From positions 21,948,001 to 22,012,000 of the forward strand of contig JBHGNT010000004.1 of the NCBI GenBank assembly GCA_043228905.1: a stretch of 64,000 nucleotides of DNA, written 5' to 3'. Both the position numbers and the translations under genes were made by a program. The notes below the pieces were generated by a model. The model was given only the letters and a program-made list of their open reading frames with translations, was not told where the DNA came from and ran no database searches. This document shows positions 10,643 through 22,041 of the stretch, piece by piece. How positions within the stretch are numbered: position 1 is the first letter of the stretch; each line of letters starts with the position of its first letter. Source of the DNA: Azolla caroliniana. Taxonomy: Eukaryota; Plantae; Polypodiophyta.

Positions 10643-13600
10643 ATGGATATTCTAAATATAATCTCATGGAATGTTCAAGGATTAGGAGGTAGTAGGTTTC
10701 GAAGAATGAGAGGGGTTTTTAGACAGGAGTTAAAAAAGCCTTATGTAGGACCAATAGATGTGCTCATTATTCAGGAGCATCATTTAGGGGAACAACGCAT
10801 CTTAAAATATGGGAATCTTCTCCCCGGGAGGTGGCAACAATTCTGGTTGCCGGCTTTTGGACCGAATGATACCCAGGGAGGTTTATGTATTGTGGTTTCA
10901 CAGATTTGGGCTGCACATGTAAGTATGTCTGGATCATTAGCAAATAAAAGAGCACAATATATTGTTTTTCAAATAGGAGCGATTAAGTGGGGTTTGCTTA
11001 ACCTTTATGCACCGAACTCTAAAGCAGCGAGGTCTCGTTTTTTGTCTGAAATTCTATTACAAATACCTCAAATTGACCATTGGGCATTAGTTGGGGATTT
11101 TAATATGTTAGAGGATATGCAAGATAGGCAAGGTGGTAGTTTACACATTATCTCTGGGTCAGAATTTAGGGAGTGAGAAAAACTATGTCTGTCACTACAA
11201 TTGGTTGATCTTTGGTCAGTGCAATCCTTTAATAGAATACTAGAATCTCTATCTTTTTCAAGATCTGATAGGAGATTGGCAGGGGTCAACCTTTCTCGTT
11301 TGGATAGGTTTTATGGGGATGCTTTTATGTGGACTAGAGGTGGAATTAGGAATCTTACCTGGTTGTTCTTTTTCTGATCATTCACCTCTTAAGTTAAAAT
11401 TCTTTTTATCATCGACAAGAAGGGCTAGTAGATTTAGAATCCCTAATTCCGTTTTTCTTAGAGACGATTGTAAACATTTTGTTCGAAGTATTTGGTTTCG
11501 ATATCATTATGATGCGGAATCCGATATCTTGTTTAATGTGGTGCATGTGTTGAAAGAAATTCAAGAATTTTTTCAAAGTAAAGCGAAAGCTTTGTACCTT
11601 GATTATGATTCCAAGATTGGAAGATACAAACGAGCTTTGACAGCGTTACAACATTTGCAACAAAGGTGGCCTAGGTCTGTAGATTTAGCCGCGAGAATTA
11701 TTGATGTTGGGAAAACAATTACTGATATGCAATTGCAGAAGTCAGATTTTTGGTATCATAAATCCTTTGCAAGATGGACTAGACAAGTGGATACAATTTG
11801 TAAAGGGTTTTTTGAACCTCATCGCATTAAATCACATAAGTCTCAACCGACGAGTATGAGACGAGTTGATGGGTCTTTTACATCGAATGTAATAGAGATG
11901 AGGGACATAGCATCCTCTTTTTATAGTCATTTGTTGACAGCAGTTCCAATTTCAAGAAATAATGTGATTAAGAGGGATGTTGTTTGGGCTTCCGTCTCTA
12001 ATCAAGTCTCATTGGAAATGCAAATTTCTTTGCTTGCACCTTTGCAACCTTCGGAGGTTTTGTTAGCAGCAAAGGCTTTAGGTAAGGATGTGTGTCCAGG
12101 TGTTCATGGGATGGGGGTTTCATGGTATATAGAGTATTGGGATATGATTGGTAATGTTTTGACTTCTGCCTACCAACAAATTCTTGACCATGGTTATATG
12201 CCTCAGGAATGGACAGAAGGCCTAATATATTTGATTCCAAAGGGGGATGGCCCTTTGGATGATATTTGAAAATGGAGACCTATAACACTACGTAATGTTG
12301 TGTATAAGATCTTAGCTAAAACAATAGCAAGGAGGGTGCAACCTTTTTTACCTCAGCTAATTCATGATTCCCAAACGGGTTTTGTTCAAGAAAGAAGTAT
12401 TTTTTATAACATTTTTTTGTTTTGGGAAATGGTGGCTATTGCAAAGCAACAACAACAAGATTTGGCTATTTTGTTTTTAGATTTCGAGAAGGCCTATGAC
12501 AGAGTAGATTGGGATTTCATGGAAGGGACATTACAGCGAATGGGCTTTCCAATGCAATGGATTAGGGTTGTCGCAACTTTGTATAGGACCGTTCATAGTT
12601 CTCTTTTGTTTGCAGGTGATGTTGGTTGTAGATTTCCAATTTTGAGATCAGTAAGACAAGAGTGTCCACTAGCTCCCTTTTTGTTTATTTTAGTCTCTAA
12701 AGCTTTTTCTGATTACCTTAGGAGTAGGAATGTACAAACTCGTGGCATAGCCTTACCGATACAAGGATATGCAACCATGACTGTTGATTCAGAATTTGCT
12801 GATGACACCGCTTTATATGTTTCTGCAGAAAAGGAGAATTTGTTGAATCTTCAACAAGCAGTAACAGATTTTTGTGATGCTTCAGGGGCTTTGATTAATT
12901 GGGACAAGTCTATGGGATTTTGGGTCGCGTCTTCCTCTCCTCCACAAGATGTGCCAACTCCAGGTTTTATTTGGGTGCCTCGAGGTAGAGTAGTAAGGTA
13001 TCTGGGTTGTCAAGTAGGGCTAGAGTTGTTAGCAGAAGATATGGTAACACCCCTTTTATTAAGAGTTAGAAATAAATTGTTATATTGGGATACAACTAAT
13101 TTGTCTTTACTTGGAAGGGTAGTTGTGGCAAACTCTGTTTTGCTCGCATCAATGTGGTATATTGCGTCAACGTGGTTATTTTCACGTTCCATTATATTGA
13201 AATTACAACGCTTAGTTCGTAATTTTATTTGGGGTGCTTCGTTGGGATCAAGGGCTATTGCAAAAGTTGCTTGGCCGGTTTTAATCCGGCCAATAAGGGA
13301 AGGTGGACTAGGCTTAATAGATCCTATGCTCCAAAGTAAGGCTCTTCTTATGAAGCATGTTGTGAGAGGATTTATGCTTGGGGATGAGTTGTGGAAAAAG
13401 TTATGGTTGTTAGATATTCGTAACATTAAGCCTACCTTAGGAGGACAGTGGCAAGATAGTTGTAGATGGTTGTTTAATTCTGAATTTCCAATTAAGGCTC
13501 AAAATGTTGGTTCTAGAAGATTTTTTACAGGTATTTTGAGGGCATGGAAGGGCATTAGAGAGGCCCTATTATTTCAACTACCTTCAACAGAAGCCCAATT

Positions 13601-15011
13601 TCTAAGACAACCATTGCTATGGAATCCTTTGTTTACTGATAGCTTTGGTTGTGTTTTAGGTATTAGGCCACATTTATCGTGGGGGAAAATGGACTCAGGA
13701 CCAACTACAAGTGTGGCTGATTGGGAACGTTTTCAATTTCTCTCAAATGACGACAAAAAACAATTCTTCTCTTCATTACGTGGGGGATGTTTGATGTCCA
13801 TTCAGATTCACCAGGCTTTTCAGAATTGCCAAAGGCAAATTACCTTACATAATAATTATCCATGGTACGGTCTTTTCTCACCTTTGGGCATTTTAATAGG
13901 TGCCAGGGCTTACATTGATGAGGGTGCAATAAGATTTTATGATGTTGGAGATGTTGGTCTTTTATATTTAGTGGAAGAAGAAGCTGAAGTTATGCAACTA
14001 GCCTCCCAAAAACCCATTAGGGTAATTGCTAGGTTAGAGAAGAAGATTTTCCTGGATCCTAACCCTTTTTTGGCAGACCACGCACGACAACTGTGGGCAT
14101 TTCAAAGTAAGCCGATGGAACACCTTAATTGGGATCCGGTTGATTACGCATGGCGGTTAAATCAACAAGAAAGTAGAACTCTCCCTTTTTTTCAGTATTC
14201 TGTGGCCTACGGGAGACACTTCTTGTTGCAACTCCATTCTATAAGTCCTGCTGCACAAAAGTATTGGGAGTCAGGTGCAATATCGCTTCAATATTTGGCA
14301 GCTTACTGGAAAAGTCTATGGACCTTACCATGTTTGCGGAGAGCCATTTCTTTTAAGTGGTTATTACTTCATTATGCTTTACTTGTAGGTTATCATCTAA
14401 AAGGACAGGTTCATGATCGTCGTTGTGTGTGTTGCCAATTACAGGAGGAGACTTTGAAACATTTGTTTTGGACTTGTGTTGCAGCTCAACAATATTGGGG
14501 AAGAATACTTAGGTTGTTTTCTTGTAAATATAGAGGAGCGATTTTTACATGGGGAGCTGCTTTTTGGGGGTCTTTGGATGTCCAAGTATCAATGTACGAG
14601 GGGGAGCAATGTGTGGAAGCATTGCGTGTGTCGGAGAATAGAATCGAAGCAGTTCTTCCGAATAGTCCAGGTGGTAAATATTTTAAACAGTCTTTTGTTT
14701 GGAATATTGTCTCGATTAATGCTTTATGGGTGTGGTGGAAGTGTAGGTGCAGCAAGAAATATGAAGGTATCGAGTACAATGTGGTGGATATGATAAAGAT
14801 GTTATGGGACAACTTAGTACATACAATTAAGGGAGAGTACGATAATATAAAAGGACCAACAGAAAAGATGCATAAGAAAAGAAGAAAAATTCGTCAGACA
14901 TGGAGGCCAATACCTCTATGGTTGGATGGGACACATGAAAACTGTTGGAATTATGTGCCACCACGATGGTTGTCTCCTCCGCCTAATCCTTTCTTATTTC
15001 AGAGCACATAA
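10643..15011 (+). pseudogene. LINE ORF2: APE endonuclease - reverse transcriptase - zf-RVT
   Basis: Endonuclease motifs ISWNVQG, IQEHH, NLYAPN, VGDFN, SRLDRF, SDH. RT motifs WRPITL, LDFEKAYDRV, EFADD, YLG. C-terminal CVCC..ETLKHLFWTC. Lesions: TGA at 11174, frameshift at ~11342, TGA at 12267. Confidence 0.93.
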
Positions 15012-15554
15012 CAACATAACTTGTTGACAAACATAATAATTCTGTTGTTTTGGGAGGAAGAAGTATTCCTATGGTGTGATAGGGAGATATTTATAGATTT
15101 CTATTCAAAGAATTGTACTGTTTTATACTTTTCGGCAGGTTTTCTTACTTACCTAATGGACTATGAAGCAGTGTCGTTGGACATGATAAGTGATGTTGTT
15201 GGTGGAAATCAAGGACATGGCAAGCCAAAATTTGGTGCCGATTAGCGAGATGGCGAGATGGTTGTTGTGGACGTAAGAAGCAAATTCTTTTTGAAGCAAC
15301 ATTCTTTTGAGGGATAAGGAGGAGTGAAGATGGTGTGGGGTTTGAAGCATATTATCATGAGTTGGTGAGGAAGTTTTTTACACTAATATGTCTGTTGTCT
15401 ATATGTCAGGATGCTTTATGGAATCTACAAATGGACAGATGGTTGATGTTGAAAATGAAGCAGATTTTCAATAAAGATGGTGTTGGAGGGGGAAGCAGTT
15501 TTTTATGAGTGCCTGAGGAGAGTATTCATTGGCATTAGGTTGAATCTGAGTAGG

Positions 15555-16570
15555 TTGAAGATGGGGAATAGAAGAGTGGTTTGGCTTTGCTCGGGGAAGT
15601 CATCCTTATGGGATTTTTATTTTTATTTATTTATTTAATTTTTTATTTGTGCTTGTCACAAAGATGGATGATGTTACAGGATGTTGAAGCAGTTCTAGGG
15701 AGTGACAGGGAGGCTAGATTATGTTTCAATTCTTTTCGAATTTGGGGAGTGCTTTGCTCAGTTGTTTGGGAAGGATGATTGGAGTCATATAGTCAAAAGG
15801 TAGTGTACTAGGATGTATACATTACGTGGCAAGTCTTATGATTGTTGAGTATGAACAGGTTGAATGGGGAAAATAGAAGACTGTCTTAAGATGCAACTAC
15901 CGTGTGTACGTTGAAAGTGGAAAATAGAAGACTGGTTTGGCTTTGCTTGGGGAAGCCATCCTTCTGGGAAAATCTTCTTGCTTGTGACAAAGATGGATGA
16001 TGTAAAAGGATGTTTGAAGCAATCCTAGGGAGTGACAGAGAGGCTACATTATGTTTCAAGTACTTTTCAAATTTGGGGAATGCTTTTCTCATTTTTCTGG
16101 GGAGGATGAGTGGAGACAAACTATCAAAAGGTATTGTATTAAGATGTATACATTAGATAGTAGGTTTTATGTATTGCTACTTATGAGCAAGTTGAATGTG
16201 GAAGATAGAAGACTGCATAAAGATGCAACAACTTTGTGTACGTTGAAAGTGGAATTAGAAGATTGGTTTGGCTTTGCTTGGGGAAGCCATCCTTATGGGG
16301 ATATTTTTTTATTTTTTTTTTTTTTTTTGCTTCTGTTCCTACTTTATGTACATTGAAAATGGAAAATTACAAGAGTGGATTGGCTTTGCTTGGGGAAGCC
16401 ATCCTTAGGAGAAAATCTTTTTACTATGGGGCAGAGTTGGATGATGTTTAAGGATGTTGAAGCAGTTCTAGGGAGTGACAAGGAGGATAGATTATGTTTT
16501 ATTTTCTTTTCAAATTTGGGGAATGGTTTTTTCTTTCTCTGGGGAGGATGAGTGGAGACAATTGGTAGCA
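15555..16570 (+). repeat. Degenerate ~330-360-bp tandem repeats in the LINE 3' region
   Basis: Anchor TTGGCTTTGCT(C/T)GGG(G)AAG at ~15581, 15937, 16268 and 16381; GAAGCA(G/A)T(T/C)CTAGGGAGTGACA recurs three times. Confidence 0.8.
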
Positions 16571-16674
16571 TGTTTTAGGTGTAGCTAACTATGTGCAGGT
16601 TGAAGAAGGATGGTGTTTCACAATGCAACTTCTTTGTGTGGGGGCCATTACTTATCGGCTCATTTAGTCTGCCA

Positions 16675-17268
16675 GGATTAAACATGTCTGATGGGACAGA
16701 CTCCCATTATTTTCATTCTGGTGCATGTGGTTACCATTGCATGTGGGACTCTAGGCTTTTTAGTTATGGCGAATGGGAGGATCTATGCTTCTTGTTGTCC
16801 AATGCAAGATGGTGGATTGAGGAGCACAAATTTCATGGTTTTCGTTATGATGGTGTAACATCAATGATGTACACTCATCATGGACTACAGGTTTCCTTTA
16901 TTGGGAATAACAATGAATGTTTTGGAATGGCTACAGATATAGATGCTTTGAATTACCTCATGTTGGCAAATGAAATGATCTATGCTTTATAGCCAAATGC
17001 CATTACTGTTGGAAAAGATGTAAGTTGAATGTCTACCTTTAGTCTCCCTGTTGGAGATGGAGGTGTTGGTTTCGACTATAGGATGCATAAGGCAGTTGCA
17101 GACAAGTGGATTGAATTGCTAAGAAAAAAGACATGCTGAGAAAATGTGTTGTTTATGCTCAAAGCCATGATCAGGCTTTAGTTGGAGACAAGACAATTGC
17201 ATTTAGCCTGATGGACAAGGATATGTATGGCTTTATGGCCCTTGATGGACACAACACCAACAATTGAT
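16675..17268 (+). pseudogene. SBE2: Captured intronless fragment of starch branching enzyme II (GH13 core)
   Basis: [101 protein letters not shown]. No introns; contains stops and a ~18-codon deletion. Confidence 0.9.
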
Positions 17269-17269
17269 A

Positions 17270-18223
17270 TTAGAGGACAACACAGTTGATTTTATTGGTC
17301 ATGCGTGAACCTTATACCGAGATGATGCATATCTGGAGTCTTTTACTAAATAAAATCAACACAGTTTATATCTGGAGGCTATTATAACCAGCATTAAGCT
17401 TGTGGATTATGAAAGTGCTAACAAATTAGTATAGTTTTAGGGAAAACAAATGTGGATGTTACAGAGAAAGTTGTTCTGCCCCTGAAAACTTCCTTTGCAA
17501 ATATATGATGGCTTCTTTTGAATTCCAGGAAGAGTTTTCAGACAAGTAGAGCTTGGAGAGTCCATAAGATATGCTTTAGGTGATGTTGTTGAAAGTTGGT
17601 TAAATGAACTTTTCTATTTGAATGCTGCAAATCACATTCCCAAACTTGAGGGCAGCTTGCCTCATCCAAGTGGTTATCCGTAATATAAAGATTGTTTACA
17701 AATGTCACAGTGAAATGTGGCTAATGTTCTGAGTCATTAGCTCGTTTTCGAGGAGGCTCTCTGTATATATACCCTTTGTATGAGCTTGGTGAATTAGCAC
17801 AAGGTTTTGCACGACTGAGTGTAGTTTATGGTTGGACATATATGCTTGCAAAACCAGAGTGTAAGGTAGAATTTGATGACGAAGGAAAGGTTTGTGGTGT
17901 CACATCGGATGGAGAGACGGCAAGGACAAAGAAGGTTGTAGGTGATCCATCATATCTTCCAAACAAGGTGAAAAAGCTAGGCAGGAAATCTGACATGAAT
18001 TAGTCTTTTGGGACCCGTGGATGAAATTTTCTTCGATACCTAGGATACATTTGTACCAATCAATGAACCTTCATTGGATCAATGCTATATATCCAATAGC
18101 TAGGATGCAACCACCTATTTTGAGACCGCTGTGGAAGATGTTTTGGCAATGTATACAGTTATCACTGGAAAGGTTTTGGATTTGTCTGTGGATGTAAGTG
18201 CAGCTACTGCAGCTGATGAGTAT
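17270..18223 (+). pseudogene. GDI: Captured intronless Rab GDP-dissociation inhibitor fragments (middle and C-terminal parts)
   Basis: 17270-17340 LEDNTVDFIGHA*TLYRDDAYLE; 17728-17997 [58 protein letters not shown]; 18005-18223 LLGPVDEIFFD..DATTYFE..ITGKVLDLSVDVSAATAADE. Confidence 0.9.
17529..17672 (+). pseudogene. NAT10: Captured exon of RNA cytidine acetyltransferase (NAT10/Kre33)
   Basis: (G)RVFRQVELGESIRYALGDVVESWLNELFYLNAANHIPKLEGSLPHPS resembles the plant NAT10 segment GRLFKKIELxESIRYAxGDPIESWLNxLLCLD...LPxPS. It is 144 bp, preceded by TTCCAG and followed by GT. Confidence 0.75.
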
Positions 18224-18357
18224 TTCTTTTTGCCATCTCTCTTTATGGGAGACATACAGTTCATTACAGAGCCAAATTGCAATATATTTTTTCTACATAT
18301 GTTAAGACCAGCCAGATTTTCTGGTGTCTTGCATAGGGTTTGCCAAGGACAATGATC

Positions 18358-18545
18358 ATGATTAGGAATGATTATTATGGTGGAGAGTCAACATCTCTCA
18401 ATCTTACACAGTTGTGGTCCACAGTGACAAGCCTCCTATGTTTAAAGTCGTTGATGGGAACTATGTTTTTAATAAATGGAAGATTCACAAGGTTCCTACT
18501 ACAAATGTAGTAGCATTGAAGTCTCCCCTCATGGGTCTATTTGAG
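18358..18545 (+). pseudogene. GDI: Captured N-terminal Rab-GDI fragments, lying downstream of the C-terminal part
   Basis: RNDYYGGESTSLNLTQLW then SDKPP-MFKVVDGNYVFNKWKIHKVPTTNVVALKSPLMGLFE; these are N-terminal GDI motifs with internal deletions. Confidence 0.85.
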
Positions 18546-18812
18546 TTTGACTTGGGAGATGCAAGTTATTTAAGATATATGGGATTGCAAGTAGCTTGGA
18601 ATGTGTCTACAGAATAACTTTCAGATTAGTTGATGGGAACTATGTTTTTAATAAATGGAAGATTCACAAGGTTCCTACTACAAATGTAGTAGCATTGAAG
18701 TCTCCCCTCATGGGTCTATTTGAGTTTGACTTGGGAGATGCAAGTTATTTAAGATATATGGGATTGCAAGTAGCTTGGAATGTGTCTACAGAATAACTTT
18801 CAGATTAGTTGA
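18450..18812 (+). repeat. Exact 179-bp tandem duplication
   Basis: 18450-18628 equals 18629-18807; GTTGA microhomology at 18450, 18629 and 18808. Confidence 0.95.
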
Positions 18813-21714
18813 CTAGTTTTCTCTACTTTGGAGTACATAGATTGCTTTCCTCAAACCATCATCTTATAAAGATGAGTTGGGAAAAATATTTTGTATGTTG
18901 TTGTTATGACTTTTCTAAAAACTAATGGAAGGATATGTTCTTTTGAAAAAAAATAAAAAAATAAAAAAATGCACCCACATTGGTTGTTAATTAAGTTCTA
19001 CATATGGAGCTATAAGTGAATTGGTTTATCTTCCCAGTTTATCATTTGTTTTAATCAACTATATTGCATCGATGAGTAAATGCAACACCATATGAAACCA
19101 CCTCAATACTTTTCATGTATTTCCCGTTTTGTTCCAAACAAAAACACGTGTATACACATAAAAATGTGGCTTGAATGCTCAAGGAGCATGATGGTGAAAC
19201 CACAAACGCATGACATGATGCATGATAGCCCCAATAAAACTTGTAACCACTAGTTGGACAAAAAGTTTGAGCATTACCCCTATGATGCAATCATGGAAAA
19301 CAAACAAACATGTTAGCACATAAACATTGTTGGTCTTACAACCATGCAAAATTATTCTCAATTGAAAACGCAATTTAATTTTCCATTGTAATCCTCTTTT
19401 GCTATATGCTATTGTTTCTATAATGTCGTCTAACTCAACGTTTGCATTTTTTGGATTTGTGTCCTTTTTAACATTCTATCAACACCTTCCACGTCTTAAA
19501 TTGTTTTATTTGTGTGCATGAACTCATGATGTATTTCATGGTTCCTTGTGTTTGGCTAACTCATATGCTATTTTCCTAATTGGATGTTGTAATGATATAT
19601 AGTTGATGAATCCCATTGTCATCTCTTAACATCATTAATTGAAGTATTTTAGTCTCTCTTTCATTTATCACTATAAAATGTGAACCAACGTTGAAGGTAG
19701 TGATGCTTCTCACACTTCTTTATATCCTTTAGTAGTTTAATGTGAATAATATGTGCGCTAACAATCTCTCTTCCACTCCGATAGATGAAAATGTCATTAC
19801 CTTTCCATTGCATTAATGTGAATCTAACCTACACAATTTTCTTATTCTTTGCAATGTCTATGAGCCACGTTAAATATTGCCTTTTATTTTAAAGAACATG
19901 CTTGGAGCATACACGAATTAACATGATTCCTTTAGGGGTTTTAGCAAAGAATTAGCATTCATGTTCAATGTGACTATTATATATATGCACCCCCCCACAC
20001 ACAACCATGTACAATTAAATAACATTTACTCAACTTGTTTATAAACATTGTGAAACTTATAATAAGCACAACCTTTATTGCATTGGAAAGCCTACATTAA
20101 AAATCAAACAACAAAGTGGTTTGTTGACGCATACCATTCAAAAGAGCACAATGAAAACTCCACATTGTCTAATGTAATGAAGTGAAAGAAAATGGGAAAT
20201 TGTGTCACTATAAAACATTGGAACACTGCAAAACACATGTTTATCCTTCTATGCTGACTATAGTAATGTGAAATGAGCAAAATTTCAAGTGAGAGCATCG
20301 ACAATTGAACAACTTGCATGCATTAAGATTCTATGATTTATGCAAGTCCGGAGATTCAAGGTGAGAAACATGCAAACAGAGTAAATATTTGGCTAAATAT
20401 TAGCAAAATAAATATGCCATATAGAGGGAGGATGCGGAAAAGAATGAAAGGTGCATGGATGCAATGTCGAACAATTAGGTAGCATGTGTTATACCACAAA
20501 CTTTTCTGCAACCTTCATCACTATTAGCCGCCGCCTCCCTCCCCCCCCCCTCCCCCAACCCCACCATGGGATCTCTAGATGAACGGTTGTGCAAATTACC
20601 AATCATCAACACATTGCAAATTCACTCATGCAAGGGAAGTGAATGCATTGAACTTTATTGAGCATGCTAATAAGATGCATAGACATGTCTGTGAGAATCA
20701 GTCATTTGAATTTACATGTGCCTTTTATGTTAATGAAGTGGAATTAATTTGGTATTATCGAAATCAAACATCTAACAAATTTAGTGCAACATGTGAAACA
20801 TGTATAAGAACTATATAAAGGCCCTCCCCTACATGATAATCTTTATTGACATGAAAGTTTTCAAAGGTTTCATCATATCGAAATCATGTGGATTGAATTG
20901 TAATGCTTTCACGTGTGTCCTCATGCATCGAGTTGATCCTTACATGTATATTGAAATTTCAACAATTCAAAAGCTTAGAGATATGTTAAATATGGGAGGT
21001 AAAATGAATAGTTCTTGTGGAATCCAGCATAAAATACTACATGTATAACTTGATGTGATTATAGATCTTACTTTCTAATGTCTTATTCAACTATCTTTTT
21101 TATCAAATACTCAAATCCTAGGTGTACTCTTTTGATGTTGCATGAGAATGTGGTCCCTAACTATTTTCACGTTTGGTACCTTAAGTTGATTTGATTGTTC
21201 GTGTAAAAACTGAACTATTACGTCACTTCTTGTCATGATATAATTTATATAATATCGTTATTAGCCTCTTACATAATATGTTTGGTTTAATCATGACTAC
21301 ATATTTTTATATATTGTTTACATAAGCTAAGTTTTGCTGATAAAATGAACAACTTATGTGATTCTTTACTTTCTTGCACAATATGAAAGGAAAACTTTAA
21401 CTTGCTCTTGTTATGATCCTTTCTTCCTTGGGCTAGCCGCTATATGATATTTTACCACCTCAAAATACCTACATTATTTACACTATTGGTATGATACTTA
21501 TAGTCCAACAAATCCATAAATAAATGAGAAAAAAAGTAGACTCCATCAACTTCTATACACATGATCAACCTTATTGGTTCGCATCACCACGTCAATTTTT
21601 TTCTTTGATCCATTCAATGACCCATGTTTCTTCATAGTTGTGGAGACAAAAAATGAAGGATTTATTATTCGGTTCATATTTAGAACCCCTCGCTTATAAG
21701 ACTACTAGTGTTTT

Positions 21715-22041
21715 TGAAATGGTGCTACCATCTATCTCACCGGCTCTACCCCCTTGGCCTGCAAATCATTGATATTGCTTTCAGTGATATCAATGTTTAG
21801 TTGTGTCAGAAACTTGCTAGTTGTGTTTTGATGCTTGTTGAAAAATAATAGGTTGTTGTTATGTGGACAACAATTGCCCCCCCTTTTTTATCTAAGGTGT
21901 CACACAACAATTGCCAAATATATATGAAAGAGACCTGTAAATAGTAGAGTATCTATAGATACTTAGAGTGTACATACCCTGATCTATATACATATGCGAT
22001 TCACCTAACTAATGGAAAGTAGTTTTTTCTCCGAAAAAATA
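21715..22041 (+). mobile_element. Short 5'-truncated non-LTR (LINE 3' end/SINE-like) insertion
   Basis: 14-bp direct repeat ACTACTAGTGTTTT at 21701-21714 and 22042-22055. Ends CTAATGGAAAG...GAAAAAATA, like the big LINE's terminus. Confidence 0.65.

Larger units (their letters stand above)
1498..18966 (+). mobile_element. Full-length L1/Tx1-type LINE (~9.8 kb without the nested LTR element) with a ~4-kb cargo-bearing 3' region
   Basis: Identical 17-bp direct repeat AAATGCACCCACATTGG at 1481-1497 and 18967-18983. A-rich tail at ~18946-18966 lies just before the right copy. ORF1 and ORF2 (EN-RT-zf) are in the canonical order. Confidence 0.9.

Noticed and set aside
15555-16570. CRISPR-like array
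   Set aside because: Long degenerate units without unique spacers, eukaryotic context, no cas genes.
16591-18796. Functional SBE or GDI genes
   Set aside because: Partial, stop-ridden, scrambled and enclosed by the LINE TSD.
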